Source: Promethearchaeota archaeon
Lineage (GTDB): Archaea > Asgardarchaeota > Hermodarchaeia > Hermodarchaeales > Hermodarchaeaceae
Length of the DNA stretch: 59,704 bases
Assembly (NCBI GenBank): GCA_048939245.1
Contig: JBHLPR010000010.1
Span: forward strand, 1-59,704
Direction: 5' to 3'
The translations under genes were made by a program, and so were the position numbers. This document shows positions 31,034 to 40,321 of this stretch, piece by piece; position 1 is the stretch's first letter; every line of letters begins with the position of its first letter. The notes beneath the pieces are model-generated. The model was not told the origin of the DNA, searched no databases, and saw only the letters and a program-made list of their open reading frames with translations.

Positions 31034-31426
31034 CTATTTCTTGCTTCTTGATTTATGTAGGGCTGTGACGGCTTGTTTCCGTGTTTCCCGCTTGATCTCT
31101 TCAATTTGCTCAATTGCAGGGAGAATTGTGTCAACTAGTTCACTTTTTGCCTGGATTCCTTCGTGAGTGAGAAATGCCACGGCTTCACTCCGGCTTTTAA
31201 AAATTTCTAATCCAATTAATGCGTCGACTATCCGAAGGTCGCTGTCCCATAACCTTGTCATCACAATATTATCGCGGCGCTTTGCTATAGGTAAATCGCC
31301 TTTCATGAAAAGTTGTTTGAGCTCCTCCATTACCTCTTGTTTTAAGGCTGGAGTCATATCTAGGTCTTCGGCTGAGATTGAGTTCGATGGTGCTTTTCGT
31401 TTAGATTTCGATTTGGATGAAGTCAT
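31034..31426 (-). CDS. Ribbon-helix-helix family DNA-binding protein
   Basis: NIVMTRL (ribbon)...IVDALI....FKSRSEAV.FL..EGI. Confidence 0.65.
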   Translation of the reverse strand: MTSSKSKSKRKAPSNSISAEDLDMTPALKQEVMEELKQLFMKGDLPIAKRRDNIVMTRLWDSDLRIVDALIGLEIFKSRSEAVAFLTHEGIQAKSELVDTILPAIEQIEEIKRETRKQAVTALHKSRSKK

Positions 31427-31468
31427 GGAATTTCCCTAAAGTAAGAGTGATTCAAATAGGGCATTTTA

Positions 31469-31498
31469 GCGTTACGCCTCACCCCCTTTATGCGTTAC
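31469..31498. promoter_or_regulatory. Direct repeat GCGTTAC x2 upstream of the RHH gene
   Basis: GCGTTAC at 31469 and 31492, each preceded by TTTA(T). Confidence 0.3.
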
Positions 31499-31611
31499 AT
31501 CTTTGCAATTTATAAAGTGAGTTAGTGATTGGGGCAAGCTTATATACTGGGTTGAGGAACTTTACCAAACCTTAACAGTGTTAAGATGCGTGCCTCTGGA
31601 GCAAACTAGAA

Positions 31612-31866
31612 ATGTCAGAAAAAAACGAAGAAGTAAAAATCCATCACCGAATCGATGCACGAGGGCTTTATTGTCCAATCCCAGTATATAAGACACGACA
31701 AGCAGTTTTGGAAGCAAAACCCCAAGAAGTTGTTGAAATACTTGCTGATGATCCCGCTTCAGAAGAAGATATTCCACGTTGGGCGAAACGTACTGGAAAC
31801 AAGATTCTGAGCCTCGAACAACGTGACGATTACATACGCTTCTTAATTCAAAAGAAGGAACGGTGA
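31612..31866 (+). CDS. tusA: Sulfur carrier TusA/SirA family
   Basis: IDARGLYCPIP, LADDPAS.EDIPRW. Confidence 0.9.
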   Translation: MSEKNEEVKIHHRIDARGLYCPIPVYKTRQAVLEAKPQEVVEILADDPASEEDIPRWAKRTGNKILSLEQRDDYIRFLIQKKER

Positions 31867-31872
31867 AATTGA

Positions 31873-32235
31873 ATGGCGAAGCACATATTATATGTAGTAA
31901 CAAGCGGCACTGACGAACCTCATCGGCTATATGCTCCCTTCATTCTAGCGACTACAGCAAGAACCATGGACATGGATGCCACAATTTATTTCCTGATTAA
32001 AGGTGTGTCAGTGATGAAGAAGGGTGAAGCAGAAAAAATCAAGATGGGTAACTTTCCACCTCTCAACGAAATCATCGATCAGGCCATCGAAGCCGGAGTC
32101 AAACTCATGGCCTGCGATCAAAGCACACAAATGCTGGGAATCGAACGAGGTGGATATGTGAAAGAATGTGGCGTTGTTGGTTCCGCAACATTAAACGACC
32201 TTGCATTGGAAGCTGATGCGATTCTTACGTTCTAA
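31873..32235 (+). CDS. DsrE/F-like sulfur transferase
   Basis: APFILATTA, IYFLIKGV, GVKLMACDQS. Confidence 0.85.
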   Translation: MAKHILYVVTSGTDEPHRLYAPFILATTARTMDMDATIYFLIKGVSVMKKGEAEKIKMGNFPPLNEIIDQAIEAGVKLMACDQSTQMLGIERGGYVKECGVVGSATLNDLALEADAILTF

Positions 32236-32271
32236 TGGAGCTGAATCAAGAAATCGAGAGGGATAGGCAAA

Positions 32272-33483
32272 ATGACGGAACTAATAAATTTCAATCATAG
32301 TGCTGGCGTCCCAGTCGATCCAAGGGTCCTTGAAGCTATGGAGCCTTATTTCAAAACTTTCTATGGTAATCCATCATCCGTTCATCGAATTGGTCAACAA
32401 TCTGCTAAAGCAATGGAAAATGCACGAGTCCAGATTGCACAGCTGATCGGAGCTGGTTCGAAAGATAAAATAATTTTCACAAGTGGTTCCACAGAAGCTA
32501 ATAACCTCGCATTACAAGGCTACGCGAATCGGCAAAGCCGAAAAGGCAATCACATCATTATTTCCAAAGTAGAACATCTAAGCATTATCAATACTGTAAA
32601 ATTTCTCAGTAAACAAGGTTTTGAATATACTCAGATCCCCGTTGATAAATTCGGTATTGTTGATACGCAAGCCCTCAATGAAGCAATCACCAATAAGACC
32701 ATCCTAATCTCAATTCAGCACGCTAACAATGAAATGGGTACAATTCAACCATTAGCAGATATAGCCCAAATCGCAAACGATTCCAACGTTCCTCTCCATG
32801 TCGATGCAACAGCAAGTGTCGGGCAAATACCGGTCAATGTTTCAGATCTTGGGCTTTCGTTATTTACCCTCTCATCCAATGATTTGTATGGTCCAAAGGG
32901 TGTAGGCGCCTTATATGTAAAACAAGGCGTTGCGCTCCAACCAATTCTATTTGGAGGAGGCCAAGAATACGGAATCCGCTCAGGATCTGAAAATGTTCCA
33001 GGAATTGTTGGTTTGGGTGTAGCGGCTAAAATCGCAAGGAATGAAATTTCCGAGTATGCAAAACGCCTAACAAGTTTACGAGACGCTTTGATTAATGGAG
33101 TTACAAAATCAGTGGAGGAGAGTTTTCTGAACGGCCACCCTACCCAACGATTACCGAATAATGCCAATATTCGGTTTAAATACATCGAAGGAGAAGCAAT
33201 TACCTTGCACTTGAGTTTCCAAGGATTTTTGGTTGCTACCAGCTCTGCGTGTACCTCAAAGACCTTAGCTCCTTCACATTGTCTTCTGAGTATGGGTATA
33301 TCAGAAGCTGAAGCACATGGAGCACTCCAACTCACCTTAGGACGTGAAAATACACGAGCCCATGTTAATCGCTTTATAGAAGTATTGCCACCAATTATCG
33401 AAAAATTACGTGCTATGTCCCCTCTCTCAAAGGATGTCCCCTATGAACTCTTCGAAAATGAGGAACATGAACACCACCATTAA
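32272..33483 (+). CDS. iscS: IscS/NifS-family protein lacking the PLP-binding lysine
   Basis: FTSGSTEANN, NNEMGTIQP, HVDA, RSGSEN, SSACTS; SSND in place of SSHK/SAHK. Confidence 0.88.
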   Translation: MTELINFNHSAGVPVDPRVLEAMEPYFKTFYGNPSSVHRIGQQSAKAMENARVQIAQLIGAGSKDKIIFTSGSTEANNLALQGYANRQSRKGNHIIISKVEHLSIINTVKFLSKQGFEYTQIPVDKFGIVDTQALNEAITNKTILISIQHANNEMGTIQPLADIAQIANDSNVPLHVDATASVGQIPVNVSDLGLSLFTLSSNDLYGPKGVGALYVKQGVALQPILFGGGQEYGIRSGSENVPGIVGLGVAAKIARNEISEYAKRLTSLRDALINGVTKSVEESFLNGHPTQRLPNNANIRFKYIEGEAITLHLSFQGFLVATSSACTSKTLAPSHCLLSMGISEAEAHGALQLTLGRENTRAHVNRFIEVLPPIIEKLRAMSPLSKDVPYELFENEEHEHHH

Positions 33484-33508
33484 TAGCTCAAAAGGAGATG
33501 GATAGAAT

Positions 33509-33895
33509 ATGTACAGTGAAAAAGTTGTAGAGCATTTTACCAATCCCCGAAATATGGGAGAAATGGAAGATGCAGATGCTGTTGGAAAAGTCGGTAACCC
33601 AGTTTGTGGCGACCTCATCTGGATTTACATAAAGGTCAAAGATGATGTTATCACCGATGTTAAATTCAAGACTTTCGGGTGTGCTGCTGCCATTGCGACA
33701 TCGAGCATGGTTACAGAGCTCACAAAGGGTAAGACTCTCAAAGAGGCATATCAGATTACTCGGAATGATGTTGCGGATACACTAGAGGGCTTGCCTCCAA
33801 TTAAGATGCACTGCTCAAACCTTGCTGCAGATGGTCTACACAAAGCCATTGAAGAGTATCTTCAAAAAACCGGACGAACCATTGACGATCTTTAG
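33509..33895 (+). CDS. iscU: Fe-S scaffold IscU/NifU-N
   Basis: HFTNPRN, NPVCGD, FGCAAAIA, LPPIKMHC. Confidence 0.93.
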   Translation: MYSEKVVEHFTNPRNMGEMEDADAVGKVGNPVCGDLIWIYIKVKDDVITDVKFKTFGCAAAIATSSMVTELTKGKTLKEAYQITRNDVADTLEGLPPIKMHCSNLAADGLHKAIEEYLQKTGRTIDDL

Positions 33896-33906
33896 AAATA
33901 GTGTAC

Positions 33907-34293
33907 TTACTCCTCTGAGGATACGATGAGTTTTTCGATGAGGGTTTTAAAGGTCTCAGAAGAGAGGGCTCCTTTAATTAGGTAGTCTTTGGCTCCCATA
34001 TCCATTACCTCTTGAACCGTTTCATCGTCGTCGATAGCTGTTAAGGCAATGATGGCAATATCCGGATATTCGGTTGAGACTTGTTGAATAAGATCTGTCC
34101 CACTAATTTTAGGGAGTACCAAATCCACGAAGAAGATGTCAGGAGGATTAGCCTTGAGCTTTCTAAGGGCTTCTTCTCCATCTGCTGCTGTCTCGATGTC
34201 ATAATCACGAAGGAGTAGTTGTGCAGCTCGAAGGAAGGTTTCTGAGTCGTCTGCTAGCAGGATTTTTATTTCATGCGATTTCTTGGAAGCCAA
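33907..34293 (-). CDS. Single-domain response regulator (REC)
   Basis: LADD, VDLVLP (phosphoacceptor Asp), ALTA, GAKDYLIK. Confidence 0.92.
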   Translation of the reverse strand: MASKKSHEIKILLADDSETFLRAAQLLLRDYDIETAADGEEALRKLKANPPDIFFVDLVLPKISGTDLIQQVSTEYPDIAIIALTAIDDDETVQEVMDMGAKDYLIKGALSSETFKTLIEKLIVSSEE

Positions 34294-35737
34294 TTTGTGG
34301 TTTACCCTCCACGAGATGTGTGTAAAGACAGTATTGAGGAGTTGAAGGGTTGATGCCGCGAAATACTGTGACTCCTTCTTTTACTGCTATTTCAACGTGA
34401 ATATCAGCTAAGTCTGCAAGATATTGGTTAATTACCTCTGTACTACTATAGCCGATGGTCACAGCTAAGTTACTTTCGGTAGCAGTATCATTAGCTATGC
34501 GTGTAGCCCAGCGTGGAAGATCCGCGGGACCTAGCCAGGAGTGTAACCAACCAAAACCAACAACGCTGAGAAGGTCTTTGCATCCTTGGTTTCGGAGTTC
34601 TTCCAAAGCCATGCTCCACGCATTTTCTAGGTCAGAGCTTTCACGAAAAGCCACGGTTTTGTAATACGGTTCTCCCAATTCTCCTGTTGCACTAGAAACG
34701 CCTAAACTGGTAGCGGCACTAGCAAAGAGTCGTAACCGTGTATTTAGTTGATCAACGAAGCCGTATCGAAGTGCTGCGGCTTTCAGTCTTCGGAAACTGA
34801 GTTTGTTTGGAGGAACAATAATTACTCCGCTATCTTGACGAAGAAAGTTGGCAACTATGTTTAATACTAAACCATTGATTGCCTCATTGGCCACACCCTC
34901 AGAGACGTCAATGAAGAAGGTGCTTCCGCGACGAAATCCACCATATATCTCGTCAAGTTCTTTACTTCCGGATGAGAATCGACCACCAGTATGTGGGATG
35001 ACTTCGAAGCCAGAAACCCGGACAGCTTGTTCAGCGTCATATGGGTGTAAGATAGAGAATCGGTTTCCCCGAAGTGAAAACCCTCGCATCCCCTGATCGA
35101 TTGGGGTTCCTCGAAGTTTAATTAATTTAAGGCTTCGCCACATCCGTCCTTCTGTAAATTCTTTTGTTACGCATACAATGCCATCAACGATATGATCAAG
35201 GGGGGACTCGCTGATGCCTTCAACGACTAGAATAATTTTGCCTGACAGGATTCTTCCTAAGTTGGTTAGAGCACTGGTTAAGCGTTGGGGGTCTGCTTGG
35301 GCTGCTTCAATGATGGCGTCAAATGAGTCGATGATACAAATAGGGGAATTTAGATTCCGAAGGCGATCATTAACAGCACTGATGAAAGTTAATTCGTCAG
35401 AATATACCATACGATTTTGAGAAGGCTCTCCAGCTTCCAAAGGAGATTCTGGAACTCCCATCAATGATGGGGTTGCATCAACAATTTGACCCTCAGGAAG
35501 CATTTCAAAAGCCCAAGCGAATTGTGATTTAAGACTTGTATTGGAAACACGGGATGACAGATAGATGAAATTCTCTGAACTGAATTTGTCAGGAAGCCTT
35601 TGTTCAAGCTCCTCTAATAGAGATAAGGCAAAGGTCGATTTACCAGTTCCCGACCTTCCTTTAACAAGTAAGCTTTGTCCTTGTTCTTGTTTAAAGAATT
35701 CAATGAGTTCTTGTGGGAGGGTCACCTGTTCTTGCAC
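34271..35737 (-). CDS. GvpD-like two-domain KaiC/RecA-superfamily ATPase
   Basis: LPQELIEFF, GRSGTGKS, IDSFDA, LDHIVDGIV, KLRG; second domain SSGSKELD..YGGF lacks a Walker A. Confidence 0.8.
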   Translation of the reverse strand: MQEQVTLPQELIEFFKQEQGQSLLVKGRSGTGKSTFALSLLEELEQRLPDKFSSENFIYLSSRVSNTSLKSQFAWAFEMLPEGQIVDATPSLMGVPESPLEAGEPSQNRMVYSDELTFISAVNDRLRNLNSPICIIDSFDAIIEAAQADPQRLTSALTNLGRILSGKIILVVEGISESPLDHIVDGIVCVTKEFTEGRMWRSLKLIKLRGTPIDQGMRGFSLRGNRFSILHPYDAEQAVRVSGFEVIPHTGGRFSSGSKELDEIYGGFRRGSTFFIDVSEGVANEAINGLVLNIVANFLRQDSGVIIVPPNKLSFRRLKAAALRYGFVDQLNTRLRLFASAATSLGVSSATGELGEPYYKTVAFRESSDLENAWSMALEELRNQGCKDLLSVVGFGWLHSWLGPADLPRWATRIANDTATESNLAVTIGYSSTEVINQYLADLADIHVEIAVKEGVTVFRGINPSTPQYCLYTHLVEGKPQIGFQEIA

Positions 35738-35749
35738 CTTCTAAGCGAT

Positions 35750-36304
35750 TTACGTTATCACCTTCGCAGAGTGATCTAGAAGTAACTTCGATATTGTCTG
35801 GAAAAGTTCTTTTATATTGGTTCCAGCTTTTGCGGAAGTTTCTAAATAGCCAAGCATGTTCAGGCTCTTCCTTAATTTTTCTGCTGAGCTAGGTGTGACT
35901 ACCCTATCTTCATTCAAGTCCGCTTTATTACCAACTAGAAAGAGAAGAACCTCGGGTGCACCTTGTCGTACATCCTTTACCCATTCTTTGACACAATCTA
36001 GTGTGTCTTCTCTTGTTAAATCAAATACAACAACAGCGAAATCAGTTCCAAAGAGATATTGGACCCGAACACGCTGAAATGAGGTTTGACCTGCCAAGTC
36101 CCATACCTGAAGTGAAATATCTGAACCGCTTACAGAAGTCTTGAATGTAGAAATGGCAGCCCCAAGCGTTGCCTTGTAGCCTTCATCAAAAGAATTCGTC
36201 ATGTAACGTTTTATGATTGAGGTCTTTCCAACAGCATAATCCCCAATCACTGAAACTTTGAACATGTATCGGCCACTTTTGGGCACCATTCCTTTTGTCA
36301 CCAT
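35750..36304 (-). CDS. Rab-like small GTPase
   Basis: G1 GDYAVGKTS, G2 YKATLG, G3 WDLAGQ, G4 NKAD, G5 ETSAK; no C-terminal Cys. Confidence 0.92.
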   Translation of the reverse strand: MVTKGMVPKSGRYMFKVSVIGDYAVGKTSIIKRYMTNSFDEGYKATLGAAISTFKTSVSGSDISLQVWDLAGQTSFQRVRVQYLFGTDFAVVVFDLTREDTLDCVKEWVKDVRQGAPEVLLFLVGNKADLNEDRVVTPSSAEKLRKSLNMLGYLETSAKAGTNIKELFQTISKLLLDHSAKVIT

Positions 36305-36393
36305 ACCCAGATTTTTTCCCTCAGATGATTATCTCATATTGATGAAATTTAAGCTCGACGGTATTGATACGATTTCATTCTCCTAGTTTGTGT

Positions 36394-37134
36394 TTATTGA
36401 ATCGGGGGTAGATCCGAGACCTTAATGCCTTCATCACCTATTATGAGCAGAAGGGGATTCATTTGATGGCTTGTCCCTCGCATTTTTCCAATCTCGATAG
36501 TCCTGATGCGTATAGTTCCTTGGCTCATCAGCTTCAACATTATTACGCCATCCATGAGAAAGCCTTCGACATCAAAGCGACCAACGCTGTCATCTGAGGG
36601 ACTTTCTACTGCGACTAAGCAAGTGGCTTGACTCATACGCAGAGATCGAACCATATTAAGCAGGTCGTGACGAATACGAAACAAATCCTTGTGCTGGAGA
36701 GTAAGTGTAGAAATTGAGTCGATGGCTACGCGCTTTGCTTTGATTCGTCGAATTTCTCGATGAATCAATGATAGAAGGGATTCCATGGTAAATTCCTCTC
36801 GACCTAGCACTGGATGTTCTGGTTTCAGGACCACACGTTCATTCTGTATCATGGGTGAAGCATCAACCATGGCAATTAGACCTTTATCAATGAGATTTTG
36901 TAGATCCCAACCAAATTGCTTCATATTACGGATAGTTGAAGGAATGGATTCTTCCATCGATACTAATACGCCTGGTTCTTTGAATTTTTTAGCCCCTTCA
37001 ACGAGAAATTGGTTCATTAGAATTGATTTCCCTGTTCCAGGGCCACCACTAACTAGAATTACTGCACCCTCGGGAAAGCCACCATGTAATGCTTCGTCTA
37101 GACCTGGAATACCGGATTTTGTCTTTTCAGCCAC
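36394..37134 (-). CDS. Single-domain KaiC/RAD55-family ATPase
   Basis: SGIPGLD...GGFP, GGPGTGKS, MEE, IDSIS, DGVIML, KMRGT.H; GTG start at 37134. Confidence 0.9.
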   Translation of the reverse strand: MAEKTKSGIPGLDEALHGGFPEGAVILVSGGPGTGKSILMNQFLVEGAKKFKEPGVLVSMEESIPSTIRNMKQFGWDLQNLIDKGLIAMVDASPMIQNERVVLKPEHPVLGREEFTMESLLSLIHREIRRIKAKRVAIDSISTLTLQHKDLFRIRHDLLNMVRSLRMSQATCLVAVESPSDDSVGRFDVEGFLMDGVIMLKLMSQGTIRIRTIEIGKMRGTSHQMNPLLLIIGDEGIKVSDLPPIQ

Positions 37135-37414
37135 ACTAATCCCCCGATTAGATGGTCTCCTAATATTCAAGTACCAAATTGATGATTTAAGAGGTTTGCG
37201 TATCTTCTCAAACTAATTCCCTACCTCTACAGACTTCCCAAAAGCTTCTGAGTTAAATATCGGGTTTGTTTTGGGTCCCAAGAATCAACACATGCTGAGT
37301 CATATATTATCACGCTGACCCCAAACATATCAGAAGTATCAATACGCTAGCAAGTACAATTATGGGGTGATGTCATTACTTAGTTAAATTCTAAAAGAAT
37401 TCGTATTCAAAATG

Positions 37415-37777
37415 TTAGTAATCTTCATCGTGTTTCTTTGGTTTTGTAGGTCCTCCATCTTCTAGAAAGAGAATGCCACTTGTTGCACCAAATGGAGGTA
37501 TATGTGCCCTACGGGCAGTATCGCGTCTAAGTCGTTCAAGCTCTTTTGGAGGCCTATCGCGCGGAATCAACAAAAGTGCAGTTAGAATTGCAAATAATCC
37601 ACCTAAAGGTATGGCAAAAACCGGATTTATTATGAGCAAAATGGCAAAAATGGGAGTGAATATTAGAATTAAAAAAAGGATACAGGATTCACGTCTTTTT
37701 TGTGTTGCACTTACTTTTGCTCCTTCACTATTTTTGGTTGATATCCCAGTCACCCTAATATTAAATTGAGATTTCAA
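37415..37777 (-). CDS. Small two-TM membrane protein (start uncertain)
   Basis: Two hydrophobic segments followed by a charged tail. Confidence 0.55.
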   Translation of the reverse strand: MKSQFNIRVTGISTKNSEGAKVSATQKRRESCILFLILIFTPIFAILLIINPVFAIPLGGLFAILTALLLIPRDRPPKELERLRRDTARRAHIPPFGATSGILFLEDGGPTKPKKHDEDY

Positions 37778-38025
37778 TCTTAAAAATCAATGGTCTGTTC
37801 TTTGCATCTATCAAAAGCTTTCCTAAAGGTTTTAAATTTTAAAATTCAATATTTCTACAATTCGGGCAATGCAATGCAACGAATTAACGAATTCCTATTC
37901 GCAAAGTGAATCATTAAGAACGAGACGTTCCCAAAACCTTTTTTCCTATATTAGAGAGCTAGAATATGAACTCGGCTACATACAACGGATCAAACAGTTG
38001 TTTGTGAAATACCGAGGGGGCTATC

Positions 38026-38733
38026 GTGATTCTTGATCCAATCTTGCAGAGGGGACTCCCACATGGAACCAGTATTGCATTGGTGGGGCCCCCTGGATCC
38101 GGAAAAACCTGTTTTAGCCTCCAAGTGTCACTTGATGCAATCAATCAGGGTCTTGATGCCCTATATCTGTCAACGGAAAACACCCCCTCCACTCTCATAA
38201 AACAAGCCCACGGATTCGGCATTCCACTCCCCAATGACCCAGCTAAAAACCCAATCCAATATATCGACGCTTATAGCTGGCGAATTGGTATGCAAAAAGA
38301 TCCGTTTGCCATCAATCGAATAAGTAATCCTGGAAACCTAAATGAAGTTAACTTGATTATCACAGATCATGCTAAGCTCTTGAAACCAGGGTCAATCATT
38401 GTAATTGATTCAGTTTCCGGGTTAAGCCTATCCGCTCCGGATGAGCAACGAATCCGCACCTTTATTCACAGCCTTGCCCAACGTATCATCAATCTTGAAA
38501 AAGTGCTCATTCTAATCCTTGAAGATCAAGCGCATGATGTAACACTAATAACCAATCTTCGATCTCTCGTCCAAGGATCAATCCACACAAAAGTTATTGA
38601 TGGTCCAAACGGCTCCCTTCAATGGTTTCTTCGATTATACAGTCTCATCGGCATCACTCACGATACTAGATGGTATCAAATGAAGACCGGAAAACAGGGT
38701 CTCTTCTTGCAAGGAGGTGCAAGCGGTGACTGA
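38026..38733 (+). CDS. RAD55/KaiC-like ATPase
   Basis: GPPGSGKT, YIDAYSW, IDSVS; K-x-R finger missing; GAGGGG RBS upstream. Confidence 0.8.
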   Translation: MILDPILQRGLPHGTSIALVGPPGSGKTCFSLQVSLDAINQGLDALYLSTENTPSTLIKQAHGFGIPLPNDPAKNPIQYIDAYSWRIGMQKDPFAINRISNPGNLNEVNLIITDHAKLLKPGSIIVIDSVSGLSLSAPDEQRIRTFIHSLAQRIINLEKVLILILEDQAHDVTLITNLRSLVQGSIHTKVIDGPNGSLQWFLRLYSLIGITHDTRWYQMKTGKQGLFLQGGASGD

Positions 38734-39409
38734 TATAATTGAACCAGCGTTCATACCAAAAGGGGCTGTGCAAATTCCGCGAGGTTCACAGCTTCTTCTC
38801 ATTGGTCCTCCAAGTGTGGTAAAGACAACGTTTGCACTACGGTATCTTATAGATCGTTTCCAATCAGATGAAGCTGCTGTGTTTGCTACAACCCTTTGGG
38901 CACCCCAACAAATCCGTGAGACTTTAAAACGAATTAGCGGCAACCAATTCGACTCTCAACTAAGAATAGCGGATGGCGTGTCTTGTGTCACAGCCCGACC
39001 TTCCACTGAAACCTATTCCTTCCAGAACCTTTACGATCTTAATACCATTAATCTGGTTCTTCTACAAGCTATTGCCGATTTGGAAAAAGGTCATCTTTGT
39101 CTAGATAATCTGACAACCTTGATGACATATTCAGCACCCCTTTCTGTAGTAAAATTCATTCAGGTTCTTTGTGCTCGAGTTAAACACAGCGGAGTCACTG
39201 GAATCTACTTGCTTGAAGCCGGTGTCCATTCCAAGGCTATTGTAGCAACTTTATGCTTTACCGTCGATGGCGTAATCGAAGTTCAAGATGAAGAAATAGA
39301 AGACCGGTTAATTAACAAAGTCCGTTTAACTCATCTTAGGGGAACACAAGTGGATTCCCGCTGGCTCTCTTTCAATGAAACAGAGCCATTCACGTGGGTA
39401 AATAGGTGA
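38726..39409 (+). CDS. RAD55/KaiC-like ATPase, degenerate Walker A
   Basis: GPPSVVKT, LDNLTTL, GVH, VDGVIE, HLRGT; GGAGGTG before GTG 38726, overlapping the upstream stop. Confidence 0.78.
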   Translation: MTDIIEPAFIPKGAVQIPRGSQLLLIGPPSVVKTTFALRYLIDRFQSDEAAVFATTLWAPQQIRETLKRISGNQFDSQLRIADGVSCVTARPSTETYSFQNLYDLNTINLVLLQAIADLEKGHLCLDNLTTLMTYSAPLSVVKFIQVLCARVKHSGVTGIYLLEAGVHSKAIVATLCFTVDGVIEVQDEEIEDRLINKVRLTHLRGTQVDSRWLSFNETEPFTWVNR

Positions 39410-39470
39410 GTGGGTTTTTTGATTGCGATTTCCAATCTAACTTTTTGATAAGCATCCAAGCCTTACATGA

Positions 39471-40028
39471 TTAACGAGTCTTTTCACTTTTGGGTGGAAA
39501 AAGGTAGTAGATGATATCTTCAAAGGTTTCTATGAACCCTGGTACAAGCACAATAGCTACGATGCATAAAACAAAAACACCAACAACCCCCAAAATAAAA
39601 CTCATCGGGTAGTGGGCAATTTCCCAAGGAAGAATGCCCATATACACAAGCCAAATTTCAAAGACAACTCGTAGCACATTAGCAACAAAGAGAGTCACTG
39701 TTACGACAATTATAGCTAGAATTTTCCGGCTCCACCTTCCGCGGGGTAAAGGAAGAATAAGCCCCATGAACACAGCAATAACTTGGATCCCGGTACATTC
39801 ACGCACTATTTGGTATTGCTGAAATCCAAACACAGAAACATAGACGAGACCATTTACCCAATCCACAATAGCGAAAGATGGTATGCCAATCCACGATAGG
39901 AAGACAGCTGATACAACTGCTGTTGGGATTGCGAGGATGAAGGGTTGTGGGAGAAAGTATACTAAAAGCGTTATAGTAATAGCCGTAATCAAATACAACA
40001 CAAGGGCACGTGGGGTAGGTCTTTCCAT
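39471..40028 (-). CDS. Archaeosortase/exosortase family protein (start may extend to 40106)
   Basis: IVRECTG (Cys), ANVLRV (Arg), IAHY (His) triad in a multi-TM protein. Confidence 0.82.
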   Translation of the reverse strand: MERPTPRALVLYLITAITITLLVYFLPQPFILAIPTAVVSAVFLSWIGIPSFAIVDWVNGLVYVSVFGFQQYQIVRECTGIQVIAVFMGLILPLPRGRWSRKILAIIVVTVTLFVANVLRVVFEIWLVYMGILPWEIAHYPMSFILGVVGVFVLCIVAIVLVPGFIETFEDIIYYLFPPKSEKTR

Positions 40029-40242
40029 GTCTTCTGATGATTCCTCAGCAACTCTCTCTGACGCATCCTCGTGGATAATCCGAGTATCTGTTGTTATTGG
40101 GTTCACCGTCCTTGTGGTAGGTGGTGCTGCTTTTCTACTGAATCAACAATTACTAGGGGAGACCTTAGTATTAGCTGGAGTTTTTTTGTTTGCCTTTACG
40201 CTCATTTGTTGGTTAGCTGCACGTCGGCGTACGAATCAGTAG
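40027..40242 (+). CDS. Possible small two-TM protein ending in RRR
   Basis: MSSDDSS...WIIRVSVVIGFTVLVVGGAAFLL...LVLAGVFLFAFTLICWLAARRRTNQ; fills an otherwise empty gap. Confidence 0.4.
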   Translation: MSSDDSSATLSDASSWIIRVSVVIGFTVLVVGGAAFLLNQQLLGETLVLAGVFLFAFTLICWLAARRRTNQ

Positions 40243-40321
40243 CCATGCAATCATTTCAACGCTTATTATATTTCTCCCTGAACTATCAATTCTGATAAAC
40301 CAAAGAAAGGACGACAGAATT

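Noticed and set aside
34271-37134. Gas vesicle cluster or circadian clock
   Set aside because: No gvpA/gvpN, no kaiA/kaiB, and the KaiC S-T phosphosites are absent (EGFLMD).
37966-38025. Upstream in-frame ATG with a TGA giving C-L-U (possible selenocysteine extension of the RAD55 gene)
   Set aside because: A good RBS precedes GTG 38026, this is not a known selenoprotein family, and no convincing SECIS was found.
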